Assembly (NCBI GenBank): GCA_963842885.1
Contig: CAWJIE010000005.1
Span: 96,001 to 160,000, forward strand
Source: an uncultured Nitrososphaerota archaeon
GTDB taxonomy: Archaea > Thermoproteota > Nitrososphaeria > Conexivisphaerales > DTJL01
Direction: 5' to 3'
DNA length: 64,000 bases
The position numbers were made by a program, and so were the translations under genes. Below the pieces are notes generated by a model. It ran no database searches. It was not told the origin of the DNA and saw nothing but the letters and a program-made list of their open reading frames with translations. Numbering within the stretch: the stretch's first letter is position 1; each line of letters starts with the position of its first letter. Positions 47,480 through 61,484 of the stretch are shown here, in pieces.

Positions 47480-48400
47480 ATGAGGCTGTTGGTGGTGGGC
47501 GCCAGTGGTCAGGTGGGCGCCAAGGTGGTTGCGGCGGCCTCGAAAGAGAACGAGGTCCATGGGACCTATATGACACGGAGACCCCCTACCGGCGTCGCTG
47601 GCTCCTGGCTCCTTGACAAGACCGAGGCAGCTCAGGTAGCCGAGGTCTTCTCCGGCGTCAAACCGGAGGTAGTGGTTGACACTGCGGCGCTTCACAACGT
47701 AGACTACTGCGAATCCCATCCCGAAGAGGCGCTCGCCGTGAACCGCGATGGGACAGCCCACTTGGCTGACGCTTGTAGGGAAAGGGGTGCGAAGTACATC
47801 TTCATCTCCACCGACTACGTCTTCGATGGTGTGGGTGCCCCCTACTCCGAGGAGGCCACGCCCAGGCCCCTGAATGCGTACGGCGTGAGCAAGCTGGAGG
47901 GCGAGAAGGCGGCGCTCGAACGCAACCCTGACACGGTGGTCGTGAGGCCTTCGGTCATCTACAGCTGGGTTCCTCCAGAAAATGCAACGGGATCATCTTC
48001 AGGCAGACCGCTGAACTTCGGCGCCTGGCTAGCCCATCAGCTCGCCGCCAAGAAGGAGCTCAACATCGTGACCGATCAGATTTCGTCACCCACTTTGGCT
48101 GACGATTTGGCGGGCGCCATCTTGGCTCTGGTGAGGGGTGAGTCGAGAGGGGTCTTCCACGCGGCTGGAGCCACGCCCGTCAGCAGGTACGGGTTCTCAT
48201 CAATTATGGCAAGGCATCTAGGCCTGAACGAGGATCTGATACGCCCGATTTCGACCCCGCAGCTCAAGCAGGCTGCAAAGAGGCCAGTGGACAGCAGCTT
48301 GATTTCAGATAGAATTTGGGGAGAAGTGGGATACAGGATGATGGAATTGGATAAGGCGTTGGATGTATTCACATCTCAATCGAGAGCGGGTTCGCGATGA
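47480..48400 (+). CDS. rmlD: dTDP-4-dehydrorhamnose reductase
   Basis: GASGQVG, VDYCE, ISTDYVFDG, YGVSKLEGE, DQISSPT. Confidence 0.9.
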   Translation: MRLLVVGASGQVGAKVVAAASKENEVHGTYMTRRPPTGVAGSWLLDKTEAAQVAEVFSGVKPEVVVDTAALHNVDYCESHPEEALAVNRDGTAHLADACRERGAKYIFISTDYVFDGVGAPYSEEATPRPLNAYGVSKLEGEKAALERNPDTVVVRPSVIYSWVPPENATGSSSGRPLNFGAWLAHQLAAKKELNIVTDQISSPTLADDLAGAILALVRGESRGVFHAAGATPVSRYGFSSIMARHLGLNEDLIRPISTPQLKQAAKRPVDSSLISDRIWGEVGYRMMELDKALDVFTSQSRAGSR

Positions 48401-49464
48401 AAGGTCTCCTTCTGGCGGGCGGCTTCGGGACTAGGCTCAGACCTCTCACATTTACAGGCAACAAGCACCTCCTCCCTATCGGCAACAAGCCCATGCTCCT
48501 CTACGGTTTGGAGCACCTGAAGAACGCCGGAATCACCGAGGTCGCTATCATCCTTGGTCCGATCAAGGAGGGCGTGGTGGAGGCACTGGGCGACGGCTCG
48601 GCCCTGGGGTTGAGGATATCGTACATAGATCAGCCCGAGCCGAAGGGGCTGGCTCATGCAGTCCAAATCTCTGAGGGCTTCATGGCCGGCGAGCCCTTCG
48701 TCATGTACCTTGGCGACAACCTTCTGAAACAGGGCGTGACCGACTTCATCAAGACCTTCCAGAACGAGAAAGCGGACTGCGTCGTGGGGGTCTGCCCTGT
48801 CAAGGAGCCGTCAAGGTTTGGCGTCGCAGAAATGGACGATGGCAGACTTGTGAGGCTGGTCGAGAAGCCGAAGGAGCCCAAGAGCAACCTCGCCCTCATC
48901 GGCGTCTACGTCTTCGGCCCGGCCATCTTCGACGCTGTGAAGAAGATAAAGCCCAGCTGGAGGAACGAGCTGGAGATAACGGACGCCATCCAGACCCTCC
49001 TCGACGACGGGAAGAAGGTGGAGGCCCAGATGGTGACGGGCTGGTGGAAGGACACGGGCAAGCCGTCCGACCTTTTGGAGGCGAACCAACTTGTCCTCTC
49101 AGACTTGGAGACGAACATCGAAGGTGAGCTGGCGGAGGGCTGCCAGCTGACCGGCAGCATCGCCATAGGCGCCGGCACCAAGGTTTCTTCGAGTGTCAAC
49201 ATTAGGGGGCCGGCCATCATCGGGAGGAACTGCACCATCGGCCCCAACGTGTACGTGGGTCCCTACACTTCCATCGGCGACGAGTGCGTCCTGAAGGACG
49301 CGGAGATAGAGAACAGCATCATCATGAAGGGGTCAAGGATAGAGAGCGGTAAGAGGATCGTGGACTCTCTGATAGGGAGCTACTCCACCATCCTTAACGG
49401 AGACGGCTCCCTCCCCAAGGGGTACAAGCTCATCATAGGAGAGAGGTCGTTCGCCCAGATATAG
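48397..49464 (+). CDS. rmlA: Glucose-1-phosphate thymidylyltransferase (long form)
   Basis: LAGGFGTRLRPLT, YLGDN, EKP, ELEITDA; C-terminal left-handed beta-helix. Confidence 0.92.
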   Translation: MKGLLLAGGFGTRLRPLTFTGNKHLLPIGNKPMLLYGLEHLKNAGITEVAIILGPIKEGVVEALGDGSALGLRISYIDQPEPKGLAHAVQISEGFMAGEPFVMYLGDNLLKQGVTDFIKTFQNEKADCVVGVCPVKEPSRFGVAEMDDGRLVRLVEKPKEPKSNLALIGVYVFGPAIFDAVKKIKPSWRNELEITDAIQTLLDDGKKVEAQMVTGWWKDTGKPSDLLEANQLVLSDLETNIEGELAEGCQLTGSIAIGAGTKVSSSVNIRGPAIIGRNCTIGPNVYVGPYTSIGDECVLKDAEIENSIIMKGSRIESGKRIVDSLIGSYSTILNGDGSLPKGYKLIIGERSFAQI

Positions 49465-49680
49465 ACGAGGCCCCCTGAGGCTTGGTGGCCCCGCCGAGGG
49501 CGCACGGAGGAACCTGCTGAGAGGGAGGATCCCCCAGGAGATGTTCTTCGTCGAGGGCCAAGTCATAGCTTGCGGACAATCGCTCCACTCGTGGCGCCTT
49601 CAAGTAGGCCCTGAGCTACAGGGGGTAGCAGGTCGCGATCCCCGCGGAGAAGGGTGGAATGTGGCTCTGCTTCGCAAATC

Positions 49681-50562
49681 TCAAGATCTATATCTCTTCT
49701 CCTGTGAGTACGACGAAAAAGCCCAGCCGACGTTGTAGGCCAAAGATATGAGCCATTCGTACACGGCGAATCTGAGGCCAGAGACCTTCTTGCTATAGAA
49801 GATCAAGTTGTAAGGAAAACATACCGACACGAGGAAACTCAGAAGCCTCTTCTTATAGAACGCCTTTCTGTATTTGGGATGCTTCTCAAACATCAACCGT
49901 ATGGAGCTGCCGTACATGAAGTTCCTTCTCATTTCGTTGAATAGTCCGTTTCTCCTGAAGTGGGCGCTATGACCCGTGAAATCAATCAGCGTCCTGAATC
50001 CCAAGTCGTTCACTCCTAACGCTATATCGGTGTCCTGTGTACAATATCCACGGACATCGGGGATGCCATGATGCTCTACCAACTGCCTTACCAAGTCGGC
50101 CCTGTATATGGTTGAAATCATGCCCAAGCCTCTGTCCGTTTCAACCATGCCGCCCGATGGAATGTCCTTCCTGTGCCTCCAAAGCTCCGTGATGGAGCCT
50201 GGCCCAGTGAAATTCGCGAAGGATGCGATCCCTCCTATGTCACCGGCGATCTTGTCAACTATTCCAAAGAACGTCTTGTCGACTGCAACGTCGCTGTCTA
50301 TGAACGCGATAAAATCTCCCCTTGAGGCCGATACAGCGAGGATCGTGCACTCGGCAAGGTTGCCCGCGCTGTATAGGATGACAGCAGAAGGGATGAGGCG
50401 TCTTATCACTTCAACAGTCTGATCCGAGGAGTTCCCGTCCACAAAGATATGCTCGTACTGGAACTCTGGAGCCTCAGCCTCCGCCTTGAGGGTTGCCTCT
50501 ACCCCCCTGCCTACGTAGGAGGCGGAGTTATACGTCAGGGTGATGACAGAAACCAAGGTCAT
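49681..50562 (-). CDS. Glycosyltransferase family 2
   Basis: VSVITLTYNS, VDGNSSDQT, FIDSD, QDTD. Confidence 0.8.
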   Translation of the reverse strand: MTLVSVITLTYNSASYVGRGVEATLKAEAEAPEFQYEHIFVDGNSSDQTVEVIRRLIPSAVILYSAGNLAECTILAVSASRGDFIAFIDSDVAVDKTFFGIVDKIAGDIGGIASFANFTGPGSITELWRHRKDIPSGGMVETDRGLGMISTIYRADLVRQLVEHHGIPDVRGYCTQDTDIALGVNDLGFRTLIDFTGHSAHFRRNGLFNEMRRNFMYGSSIRLMFEKHPKYRKAFYKKRLLSFLVSVCFPYNLIFYSKKVSGLRFAVYEWLISLAYNVGWAFSSYSQEKRYRS

Positions 50563-51398
50563 CCGCTGTACGCCTCGACCGTTTCTTTGAGCGCTTCCTC
50601 AATCGGCGTCATGCGGAAGGACGGCAGGGCTGATTCCAAGCTGCTAGGGTCTCCAAGGAGCTCGGCTATGTCCCACCCTTCCCTATCGGTCTTGGATATG
50701 GATACCGCCTTGGGGTCGCCAGTTATCATGGTGGCGATTTCATCCAACGCATGATTCGTTCCACTACATATCAGAACAAGGCCGGTGGTTTCGTTCTCGT
50801 AAAGTAGCCTGACAGCCCTTGCGGTGTCCTTGACGTATACGAAATCGCGCCGAGTGTTGCCTCTCAATGTTATCCTTCCTGTCTTGACGTATTGCCTTAC
50901 CATCGTCGGTATCAGAAAATGAGGACTCTGTCTGGGACCGAAATTGTTAAAGGGTCTGACGATCAAATAGTCAAAGCCGTAGCGTCTCCCATACAGCCTC
51001 ACCGCGTCCTCGGCGGCGAGTTTGGAGGCGGCATACGGATCCGCTGGAATCGGTCTCGTATCGACTCCAAGCGGAAACTCCGTCTGACTGCCATAGACAT
51101 GAGAGGTGCTGAAGTAGATGAATCGCTTGAACATGCCGTGGTTCTTGAGAAGGTTGACCGTCCCGAGCGTGTTTGTCTGGTAGTATGCGTCTGGTGAATT
51201 CCAAGACGATGGCACATAGGTAAGCGCCGCCGCGTGAATCACGGTGTCTATACCTCTCAGGTTCCTTACGACATTAGCCTCGTCCTTGATGTCCCCCGAA
51301 AACAGTTTCACCGAACATCTTTCATCGGTTTGGAATGCTTCGAGAATGTGTGAACCTATGAAGCCGCTCCAACCTGTGATTAAGACGTGTTCCTTCAT
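50559..51398 (-). CDS. NAD-dependent sugar dehydratase/epimerase
   Basis: LITGWSGFIG, STSHVYG, PYAASK, RPFNNFGPRQ. Confidence 0.85.
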   Translation of the reverse strand: MKEHVLITGWSGFIGSHILEAFQTDERCSVKLFSGDIKDEANVVRNLRGIDTVIHAAALTYVPSSWNSPDAYYQTNTLGTVNLLKNHGMFKRFIYFSTSHVYGSQTEFPLGVDTRPIPADPYAASKLAAEDAVRLYGRRYGFDYLIVRPFNNFGPRQSPHFLIPTMVRQYVKTGRITLRGNTRRDFVYVKDTARAVRLLYENETTGLVLICSGTNHALDEIATMITGDPKAVSISKTDREGWDIAELLGDPSSLESALPSFRMTPIEEALKETVEAYSG

Positions 51399-51736
51399 GC
51401 CAATCGCACCCGCCCTGTCACGTCCCGGACGTGGACTAAGGGGCGCCACTGGGTGCCGTCCTTTATGACGGGTACCTCCCAGGTCCCGTAGCGGCCAAGA
51501 ATCATCCTGTCGGCGGCCATGTCGACCAACGCATCGAACCCCCTCATCAGTTTGCCGTCGAACCAGTGTATGTCATCCCTGACTAGGGTCAGGCGATCGG
51601 AGAACGCCGGGTCGCTCAAGCGACCCTGCCCGAAGAAGAAGCAGTCCTGACCGGTGACCGAGCGCCCCTCATCGAAGAGGTGTGGAACGAGTTTGTTGTC
51701 GAAGTAGCCCGCCCCTCCGGTGACTGGGACTTTCAA
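51395..51736 (-). pseudogene. Internally deleted NAD-dependent epimerase remnant
   Basis: VTGGAGY..DALVDMAA joined directly to DGTQWRPLVHVRDV. Confidence 0.65.
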
Positions 51737-51798
51737 ATGGGACGTACCACACTGGCGGAAGCGTCGATTTATCCTTTTTGAAGGCCGGCGCGCAGCGG

Positions 51799-52332
51799 CT
51801 AGGGGCCCTTCTTGGACTTCCTGTAGAGCTCACCCAGGAGCTCCACGTACGGCCGGACCTCCATGAGGAAGTCGTCGAACGCCGCCCTCTCGAAGATAAG
51901 GTCTTGCTGCCCCTTGGCGTCAACGACCAGTCTCGAGAAGAGCACCACGCCGCCGCTTCGCTCGGGCTCCTTTTCGTTGAGCTTGGGGAAGTATATGAGT
52001 GCGCCGTAGCCGGTCTTCTTCTTACCCTTCCTGAAGACGAGGTTGTAGTACATCTGCAGGTTCTTCTTATACACTTGAAGTTGCTTGCGTCGGCTCTCGG
52101 AGCGCGCGACATCGTCGTAGTCCCCCTTGGTGAAGGCGTCCACGATCTCCCTGACGAGCTGGAGGTCCCCCATCTTCTTGGTGAACTGCTCGTAGCCGAT
52201 AGGCATGGAGAAGACCGTATCCAGGGCCTCGTCCCATTCGACGGCGCTGAACGGCTTGCTGAGCTCGAGCTTCATTTCCCCCTTCAGCTCGTTCTCCAGG
52301 ATCTCCTCCAGCTTGAAATTCTTCGATTTCAC
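51799..52332 (-). CDS. Conserved hypothetical protein
   Basis: 177-aa soluble ORF with host-like codon usage; no family recognised. Confidence 0.65.
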   Translation of the reverse strand: MKSKNFKLEEILENELKGEMKLELSKPFSAVEWDEALDTVFSMPIGYEQFTKKMGDLQLVREIVDAFTKGDYDDVARSESRRKQLQVYKKNLQMYYNLVFRKGKKKTGYGALIYFPKLNEKEPERSGGVVLFSRLVVDAKGQQDLIFERAAFDDFLMEVRPYVELLGELYRKSKKGP

Positions 52333-52397
52333 AGATGGAAGTCCGATGCGGTTTGTATATAAGTTCTATCGCAGCCTTTGCTCCATACGGCGTTTGC

Positions 52398-52988
52398 CTA
52401 GGCTGACGCAAGGATCGAGTGGAAGGCGTCCAAGATATGAGCCGTCAACCCCCAGATCACACGCTCACCATGGACGAAGGCGGGGACTCCCCTGAGGACT
52501 GTCCCGGCCACCTCGATGTCCACTGCCTTCCTCTCAAGGGAGGCCAAGGGGGCCCAGAAGACCTCGGTCAATTCGCTCGAAGGTGTGAAGACGAACTTCC
52601 TGTCAGAGTAGGCAACGAATGGCGTAACACTTGTGCCAGGCCGATTACGAGGGTTGACCGTTTCCAGAAAGCCCAGCACTTCGGCCTTCTTGCAAATGTC
52701 GACGAAGGTCTCTTCGAAGAACTCCCTGCACGCCGTCTGCGCTAAGGTCGCGTCCACCTCCTTTGACCTGCCGCCGGGAAAGGCTATCTGGCCGGACCAG
52801 GGGTCTCGGGGGTCCTCCGCCCTCTTCGCGAAGAGTACTTCGACGGCGCCTCCATGGAGCGTGATGAGCATGACGACGGCAGCGTAATCCGGACCCAGGA
52901 AGCGAGGCGCATCGCTGACGGGGGACAGGCGAGCACGCAGAAGGGGAAGCAGCTCGGCCTTCGTGTAGCTCCTCGCCGTCCCTGACAT
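52398..52988 (-). CDS. Nudix hydrolase, CoA pyrophosphatase type
   Basis: AAVV, DPWSGQIAFPGG, TACREFFEET, IWGLT. Confidence 0.88.
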   Translation of the reverse strand: MSGTARSYTKAELLPLLRARLSPVSDAPRFLGPDYAAVVMLITLHGGAVEVLFAKRAEDPRDPWSGQIAFPGGRSKEVDATLAQTACREFFEETFVDICKKAEVLGFLETVNPRNRPGTSVTPFVAYSDRKFVFTPSSELTEVFWAPLASLERKAVDIEVAGTVLRGVPAFVHGERVIWGLTAHILDAFHSILASA

Positions 52989-53104
52989 GGGCGGGAATGC
53001 CCTGTGAGGAGAATAAAAGCGTTGAGGAAGGTGGAGCCCGCCCCCCAGATTAGAGAATACTCTTATCTTCCTACCTCAGAACCAGAGAAGGACGGCTGGA
53101 CGAC

Positions 53105-53572
53105 TTGAAGATTAGGGAGTTCAAGCTTGACGATTATGCCGCGGTCGCCAGGCTTTGGATGAAGGCTGGCTTGGGGTTCCGGCTGGGGGATGACCTCGAC
53201 TTTGTAAAGGTGAAGGTCAGCAGGGACCCCGACCTCTTCCTCGTCGCCGAGGAGGGAGGGCGCATCGTGGGCAGCGTGATGGGTGCATGGGACGGCCGGA
53301 GGGGCTGGATATACCACTTGGGGGTTCTCCCAGAAGCGAGGAGGAATGGGGTCGCCTCGAAGCTCATCGAGGAGCTGGAGGGCCGGATGAGGAAGAAGGG
53401 AGTGTCGAAGGTGAACGGGCTCGTGTACGGGTGGAACAGGGCCTCTCTGTCGTTCTTCACCAAGAGCGGCTACAACGTCCAGACCATGAAGGAGGTCGAG
53501 AAGCAGCTCGTCGTTTGGAAGCACAAGCTCGTCGCTCCCGAGAAGGGCAGGCGGGCCCCACGCAAACATTGA
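53105..53572 (+). CDS. GNAT acetyltransferase (YpeA-like)
   Basis: RDPDLFLVAE, WDGRRGWIYHLGV, RRNGVASKL. Confidence 0.88.
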   Translation: MKIREFKLDDYAAVARLWMKAGLGFRLGDDLDFVKVKVSRDPDLFLVAEEGGRIVGSVMGAWDGRRGWIYHLGVLPEARRNGVASKLIEELEGRMRKKGVSKVNGLVYGWNRASLSFFTKSGYNVQTMKEVEKQLVVWKHKLVAPEKGRRAPRKH

Positions 53573-53614
53573 CCCCGGCTGACGGCCGGGAGTTATGTAG
53601 ATAGGACCGGCCGT

Positions 53615-54712
53615 CTACTTCCCGCCGGGGAAGGGGACGCCGGTGTCAGCACCCAGCTGCCTGAGCATCTCCATCGTTTTCGCGTCCAGCGCCACCCCCG
53701 CCTTTCGCCTTACGTCTTCGGTGTAGAAGGACTTCTCGCCGGCGACGTAGATCTCCTCCGCGCCCGGGAGCTTCTCCGCCCCCTTGAGCTTGGCCAACAG
53801 CTGGTCCATCCTCGCCTTGAACTCCGGGAGGCCGATGAAGGCCTCGACGTTGATGGCGCCGAAGAAGTGGCCGACGTCGGCAGGAGTTGGGTCCCTGCGT
53901 CTCGCCCACCCCCGAGCTCCACTGGGCGCCGGTCAGTATGCCGGAGAAGATGTCCACGACCGCCCCAAGGCCGTAGCCCTTGTGGCCTCCGAGCACTTCG
54001 CCCAGGCCGCCCAGGGGAAGGAGAGACGCCCTTGGAGATCTTGTCGGGGTCGTCGGTCAGGTTCCCGTCCGCGTCTATCCCCCATCCGATGGGGACCTTC
54101 TTGCCGATGCGCTTCGCCACCTCCATCTTGCCGATCGGGGCTACGCTGGTGGCCATGTCCAGGACGAAACCCCTCCCCCCTGTGGGGACGGCTACGCAGA
54201 TCGGGTTGGTGCCGACCAGCTTCTGCTTTGAGAAGGTGTGGGCTACGAGTGGGCGCGTGTTCGTCATGACCAGCCCGATGAGGTCCTGCTCAAGGGCCAT
54301 CAGGCCGTAGAAGCCAGCGATGCCGAAGTGGTTGCTGTTCCTGACGCCCACCAGCCCGACGTAGTTCCCCTTTGCCTTTTCGATGGCCATGTTCATGGCT
54401 CTGTACGACACTACCTGGCCGAGGCCCGAGTCGCCGTCCAGGAGGGCGGTCACCGGAGACTGGCGGATGACCTTGATGTCGGGGTGGACCTTCACCACTC
54501 CGTTCTTGATGCCGTCGGTGTAGCGTTTGAGCCTGGCTACGCCATGCGACTCTATCCCCCTGAGATCGGCCTTCACCAGGTTCTGTGCGGTGATGGAGGC
54601 GTCCTCTCGGGGGACACCCAGCTTGACCAGGACATCAATCACGAAGTCCTGTCAGGACGGCATGATCTACCCGCGAATACATCCCTTCGACCAGTTCGCC
54701 TTTTTCGCGCAT
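53615..54712 (-). CDS. Ldh_2 (malate/L-lactate/L-sulfolactate dehydrogenase) family; several frameshifts
   Basis: ADLRGIESHGV, RNSNHFG, GTNP, DMATS, GGHKGYGL and IYVAGE spread over three frames. Confidence 0.85.
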
Positions 54713-54937
54713 TGCGACTGAAAGGTCCTATGAATGACGTATAAGACTTGCTGTGTCTTCCCATCGGCCGAGGCGGAGGACCGTCTAGAGGATCTTCTTG
54801 CTCATGAGGAAGGTGAACCCGGAACCCTGAGACAAGAACATCACGTCGACGGCCTGTATGCGAGGGAGAGGAGAAGCGAAACCACGGCCGAAGAGCGGCA
54901 CAGGGGCCCGAGAGTCACCAAGCTCTCAGCCCCCGAT

Positions 54938-55507
54938 TTACTGTTTCTTCGTCCAGAGTGGCGTGCGGCTGTCGGACAGCTCACCGCCGATGTGGACCTG
55001 GTCTATGTGCTTTGAGAGGCTTTCCGGGCTCTCCAGGAGCGACGCGCAGAAGGGGCAGACCATCCCCTGCCCTTCGTGGTTCACCGGGAGCGGGAGCACG
55101 GCTTGGCTTCCCTGGCCCGTGAACCCCCATCTTGTCATGAGTCCGAACACAGAGCCGTCTGCGTTGACGAGCACGAGGCGGCGCGTCCCCCTCGATGCCA
55201 TGAGATTCAGTGCCTCGGAGAGGTTGCGGCTCTTGGAGAGAGTGATGAGAGGCTTCGACATCACCTCGCCCACCGCGACGCTGCGCGGATCGCGCCCCGT
55301 CGCTACGATCCTGTAACAGAGATCCCTTTCGGTGATTATCCCCACAGGAAGTCCGCCCTCGGTAACTATCACGCTATCATTGCCCGAGTCCTTCATCTTC
55401 GTGGCTGCCTCCTTGACCGAAGCCCCCGAGTCAAGGTAGATGATGTCCTTCTGGACGAAGTCGGAGGACGGGCTGGACAGCAGCTCGGAAAGCGCTTTCG
55501 GGTCCAC
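54938..55507 (-). CDS. CBS-pair protein with C-terminal C2H2 zinc finger
   Basis: VGIITERDL, VMSKPLIT; CPFC..LSKHIDQVH. Confidence 0.85.
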   Translation of the reverse strand: MDPKALSELLSSPSSDFVQKDIIYLDSGASVKEAATKMKDSGNDSVIVTEGGLPVGIITERDLCYRIVATGRDPRSVAVGEVMSKPLITLSKSRNLSEALNLMASRGTRRLVLVNADGSVFGLMTRWGFTGQGSQAVLPLPVNHEGQGMVCPFCASLLESPESLSKHIDQVHIGGELSDSRTPLWTKKQ

Positions 55508-55720
55508 TTCGAATCTCCGAGGAAGAGTCGGGGCTGGAACTTAAAAACCATTGGGGCTTGTCGCAGGGACGGGCACATCCTGGAGGTCCTGCGAAGGAGG
55601 CCCCTGTTCGGGCGCATGGTCGGGTCCCTGCCCACCTTGACGGGCACGACTAAGCAAAGTCTTTCATCAAAGGAGAAGCATTAGGCATAAATATTACAAC
55701 CCTGAGTATGGAGAGAGAAC

Positions 55721-58613
<2,893 letters not shown>

Positions 58614-58658
58614 AGAGGTTTATTCCTTATATATCCCGCCGGGCGGTCACGGTCTCGT

Positions 58659-59915
58659 ATGACCGCCTCCTTGAACTACCCGAAGAACCCTCTGTTGGAG
58701 CTATCCGAGGAGGAGCTTATCTTCAGGGAGTCCGTCCGCTCCTTTGCCCAGAAGAACATCGCTCCTCAGTGGGAGAAGGCGGACGACGAAGCCGCGGCCT
58801 CTCACAAGCCGATGACGGAGATCGCCAAGAAGATGGGAGAGCAGGGCCTCCTGGGTCTGACATGCAGCCCCGATTTCGGAGGGCAGGGAGGGAGCCAGAC
58901 CATGGCCACCATCGCGATAGAGGAGCTCGCTTACGCAGACCCCTCCGTGGCCACGGCAGTCTATGCGCTGCTCAACATCGGCTGGCCATTCATCCTCGAG
59001 AAACACGCCAACCCAGAGGTGGCGAAGAAGGTGATTGGAGAGGTGGCCAAGGGCGACGCTTTCTTCGGCATCGCGTCGACCGAATCGCAGAGCGGGTCGG
59101 ATATCCAGGGGTTGAAGACGAAGGCGACCCCCACCGGCGGTCGATACATCGCCTCGGGGGAGAAGACCTTCATCAGCGGCGTGAACGAAGTGTTCAACCT
59201 GCCATTCGGAGGTGGGTGGCTGCTGGTGGCGAGGACGGGCGGCACGGGCCACCGCGGCCTTTCGACCTTCGCCTTCCTTCCCAGGGAGAAGGGCGAGAGC
59301 AAGGAAGGTGTGTCTTGGTCGCTATTCGACGGGATAGGGCGCCACGCCCTTAGCACCGGGACCCTCGCGCTGGACAACTTCGAGTTAGCCAAGGACGACC
59401 TGGTCGGTGAGGAGAACAGGGGGTTCTACGTGCTCATGGAGGGATTCAACGGCGCGCGCATTCTCGTCGCTGCGGCGTGCATTGGAGCCACCCGATGGCT
59501 CCTCGACAAGGGGGCCGAATGGATAAAGGCAAGGGAGGTCGGAGGAAGGAAGATCTCGTCGTACCAAGGGGTCAACTTTCGCTTCGCCGAGCTGTTCGGA
59601 AAGTACGAGGCTTCGACGATGATGGTGTACAGAGCGGCTCGGCTCTTCGACAGGATCTATTTCCAGAAGGACAGGAGGTACGAGCCCAGGGACCTGAACG
59701 TCCCCGTGGCGATGGCGAAGATGTGGGCTCCGGAGGTGTCGGTCGAAGTGGCTCAAGAGGTGATGAGATGGCACGGCGCCATCTCCTACACCAAAGAGCA
59801 CCCCTTGCAGCGGGCCCTTCTGGGACTGACCTCCTACGTAATCGGGGCCGAAGGGGCTCAGAACGTGATGAAGCACATCGCCGCCAGGGACCTCCTGGGC
59901 GGGGAGTTCGTCTAG
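58659..59915 (+). CDS. Acyl-CoA dehydrogenase
   Basis: ASTESQSGSD, GEKTFISG, FNGARI, MAK, IGAEGAQNVMK. Confidence 0.9.
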   Translation: MTASLNYPKNPLLELSEEELIFRESVRSFAQKNIAPQWEKADDEAAASHKPMTEIAKKMGEQGLLGLTCSPDFGGQGGSQTMATIAIEELAYADPSVATAVYALLNIGWPFILEKHANPEVAKKVIGEVAKGDAFFGIASTESQSGSDIQGLKTKATPTGGRYIASGEKTFISGVNEVFNLPFGGGWLLVARTGGTGHRGLSTFAFLPREKGESKEGVSWSLFDGIGRHALSTGTLALDNFELAKDDLVGEENRGFYVLMEGFNGARILVAAACIGATRWLLDKGAEWIKAREVGGRKISSYQGVNFRFAELFGKYEASTMMVYRAARLFDRIYFQKDRRYEPRDLNVPVAMAKMWAPEVSVEVAQEVMRWHGAISYTKEHPLQRALLGLTSYVIGAEGAQNVMKHIAARDLLGGEFV

Positions 59916-61484
59916 GGGTACACCGACTGGCACTGCTCCCGCATGAACTGCGAGAGGTAGTAGATCCCCCCAGCGCCCTTCCCGGTGGAGCCGCTGTGCT
60001 TCCAGCCCTACGAACGCCTGCACGCCCACCATCGCCCCCGTCGTAGCGCCGACGGACCTGTTCCAGTAGACGACCCCGGCCTGAACAGCGTCGAAGTAGC
60101 GCTGGGCCTCCTGGGGGTCTTCCGTGAATATCCCGCCGGTGAGTCCGTATTCGACTTCGTTGGCGACGCTGAGCGCCTCATCGAGGTCCTCCACCTCTAT
60201 GACGGAGAGCACCGGGACGAAGAGCTCCTCCAACTCGATCCTGTGGCCTCTGGGGATGCCGTCTACGATGGTCGGGGCGACATAGTTGCCGTGCGCGAAC
60301 TCGCCCTCTCTGAGCACCTTTCCGCCGCACAGTATCTTGCAGTCCTTCGACGCGTCGGCAACCGCGCCAGTGTATTTCGCCAGAGCCGCCTTGTTGATGA
60401 CGGGCCCCATGAAGACCTCCTTCCTCGTCGGATCGCCGACGACGCACTTCTCAGTGCGCGCGACGAGCTTTTCGACGAACTCCCTATGGATTGCCTTGAA
60501 GACTATGACCCTGCTGGTGGCGCTGCACTTCTGTCCGCCGAACCCGAATGCACCCCTGAAAACTCCCTCGACCGCTTTGTTCAGGTCGGCCTTGGAAGTC
60601 ACGATGGCGGCGTTCTTTCCTCCCATCTCTGCGATGAAGGGCTTCGGGCCCTTCGAGCTGAACTGGAGGTATCCCTTCGCGCCGACGTCGTAGGAGCCTG
60701 TGAAGGCGATCCCCTTGACCTTGGGGTTGCCCAGGATCGCGTCGCCTACCGTGCCGCCCGGTCCCGTGACCAGGTTCAGGACGCCAGGGGGTAGGCCTGA
60801 GTCGGCGAGGATTCTGTAGAACTCGACGGCGACGAGGGGAGCGTCACTGGACGGCTTGAGGGCGGCGGTGTTGCCCGTGATGAGGGCCCCCGACGTCATG
60901 CCGACGGTTATGGCCAAGGGGAAGTTGAACGGGGAGACGACGCCCCAGACGCCGTAGGGCTTGAGCATGCTCTTCACCTTCTCCCCTTCGTAGACGCTCT
61001 TCATCCTGTGTACGAAGCCCTTGTTCCTCTGCATCTCGCTGGCGTAGTATCGAAGGTAGTCGATGGCCTCGTCGACGTCGCCGACAGACTCTGCCCTGGT
61101 CTTGCCGTTTTCGATAGACATCAGGGCCGAAAGGAAGAACTTCCGGCTCGCCATGATGTTGGCTGCCTTGTAGAAGATCTGGACGCGCTTCCTGTAGTCC
61201 AGCCTGGACCAAGCCTCGAAAGCCCTGTCGGCCGCATCCACGGCGGCGTCCGCATCCTTCCTCTCTCCCTTCTGGAGGTAGGCGAGGACCTTCCTGTCGT
61301 CGGCAGGGGAGAACTTCGCGAACTCCTCCTTCGCCCTCACCTCCTTCCCGCCGATGTACAGAGGGACGTGCCGCCCGAGGTTCCCCTCGACTTCATGAAG
61401 GGCCGTCTCGAAAAGATCGTGAAATTCCTTCTCACGTCCTTGCCGGCTCAAGCGGAGCCAAGTCGCTTCGCTCCTGAATGGCAT
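59912..61484 (-). CDS. Aldehyde dehydrogenase, P5C dehydrogenase-like (one extra base near 60007)
   Basis: SPFNFP, FTGS, EMGGKN, GQKCSA, EELFVP; corrected C-terminus GWKHSGSTGKGAGGIYYLSQFMREQ. Confidence 0.9.

Noticed and set aside
49465-49680. GC-rich intergenic stretch as RNase P or SRP RNA
   Set aside because: I could not find the conserved GAGGAAAGUCC or SRP helix-8 motifs.
53615-54712. Programmed frameshifting in Ldh_2 and other genes
   Set aside because: Multiple shifts per gene with no consistent slippery motif; sequencing error is more parsimonious.
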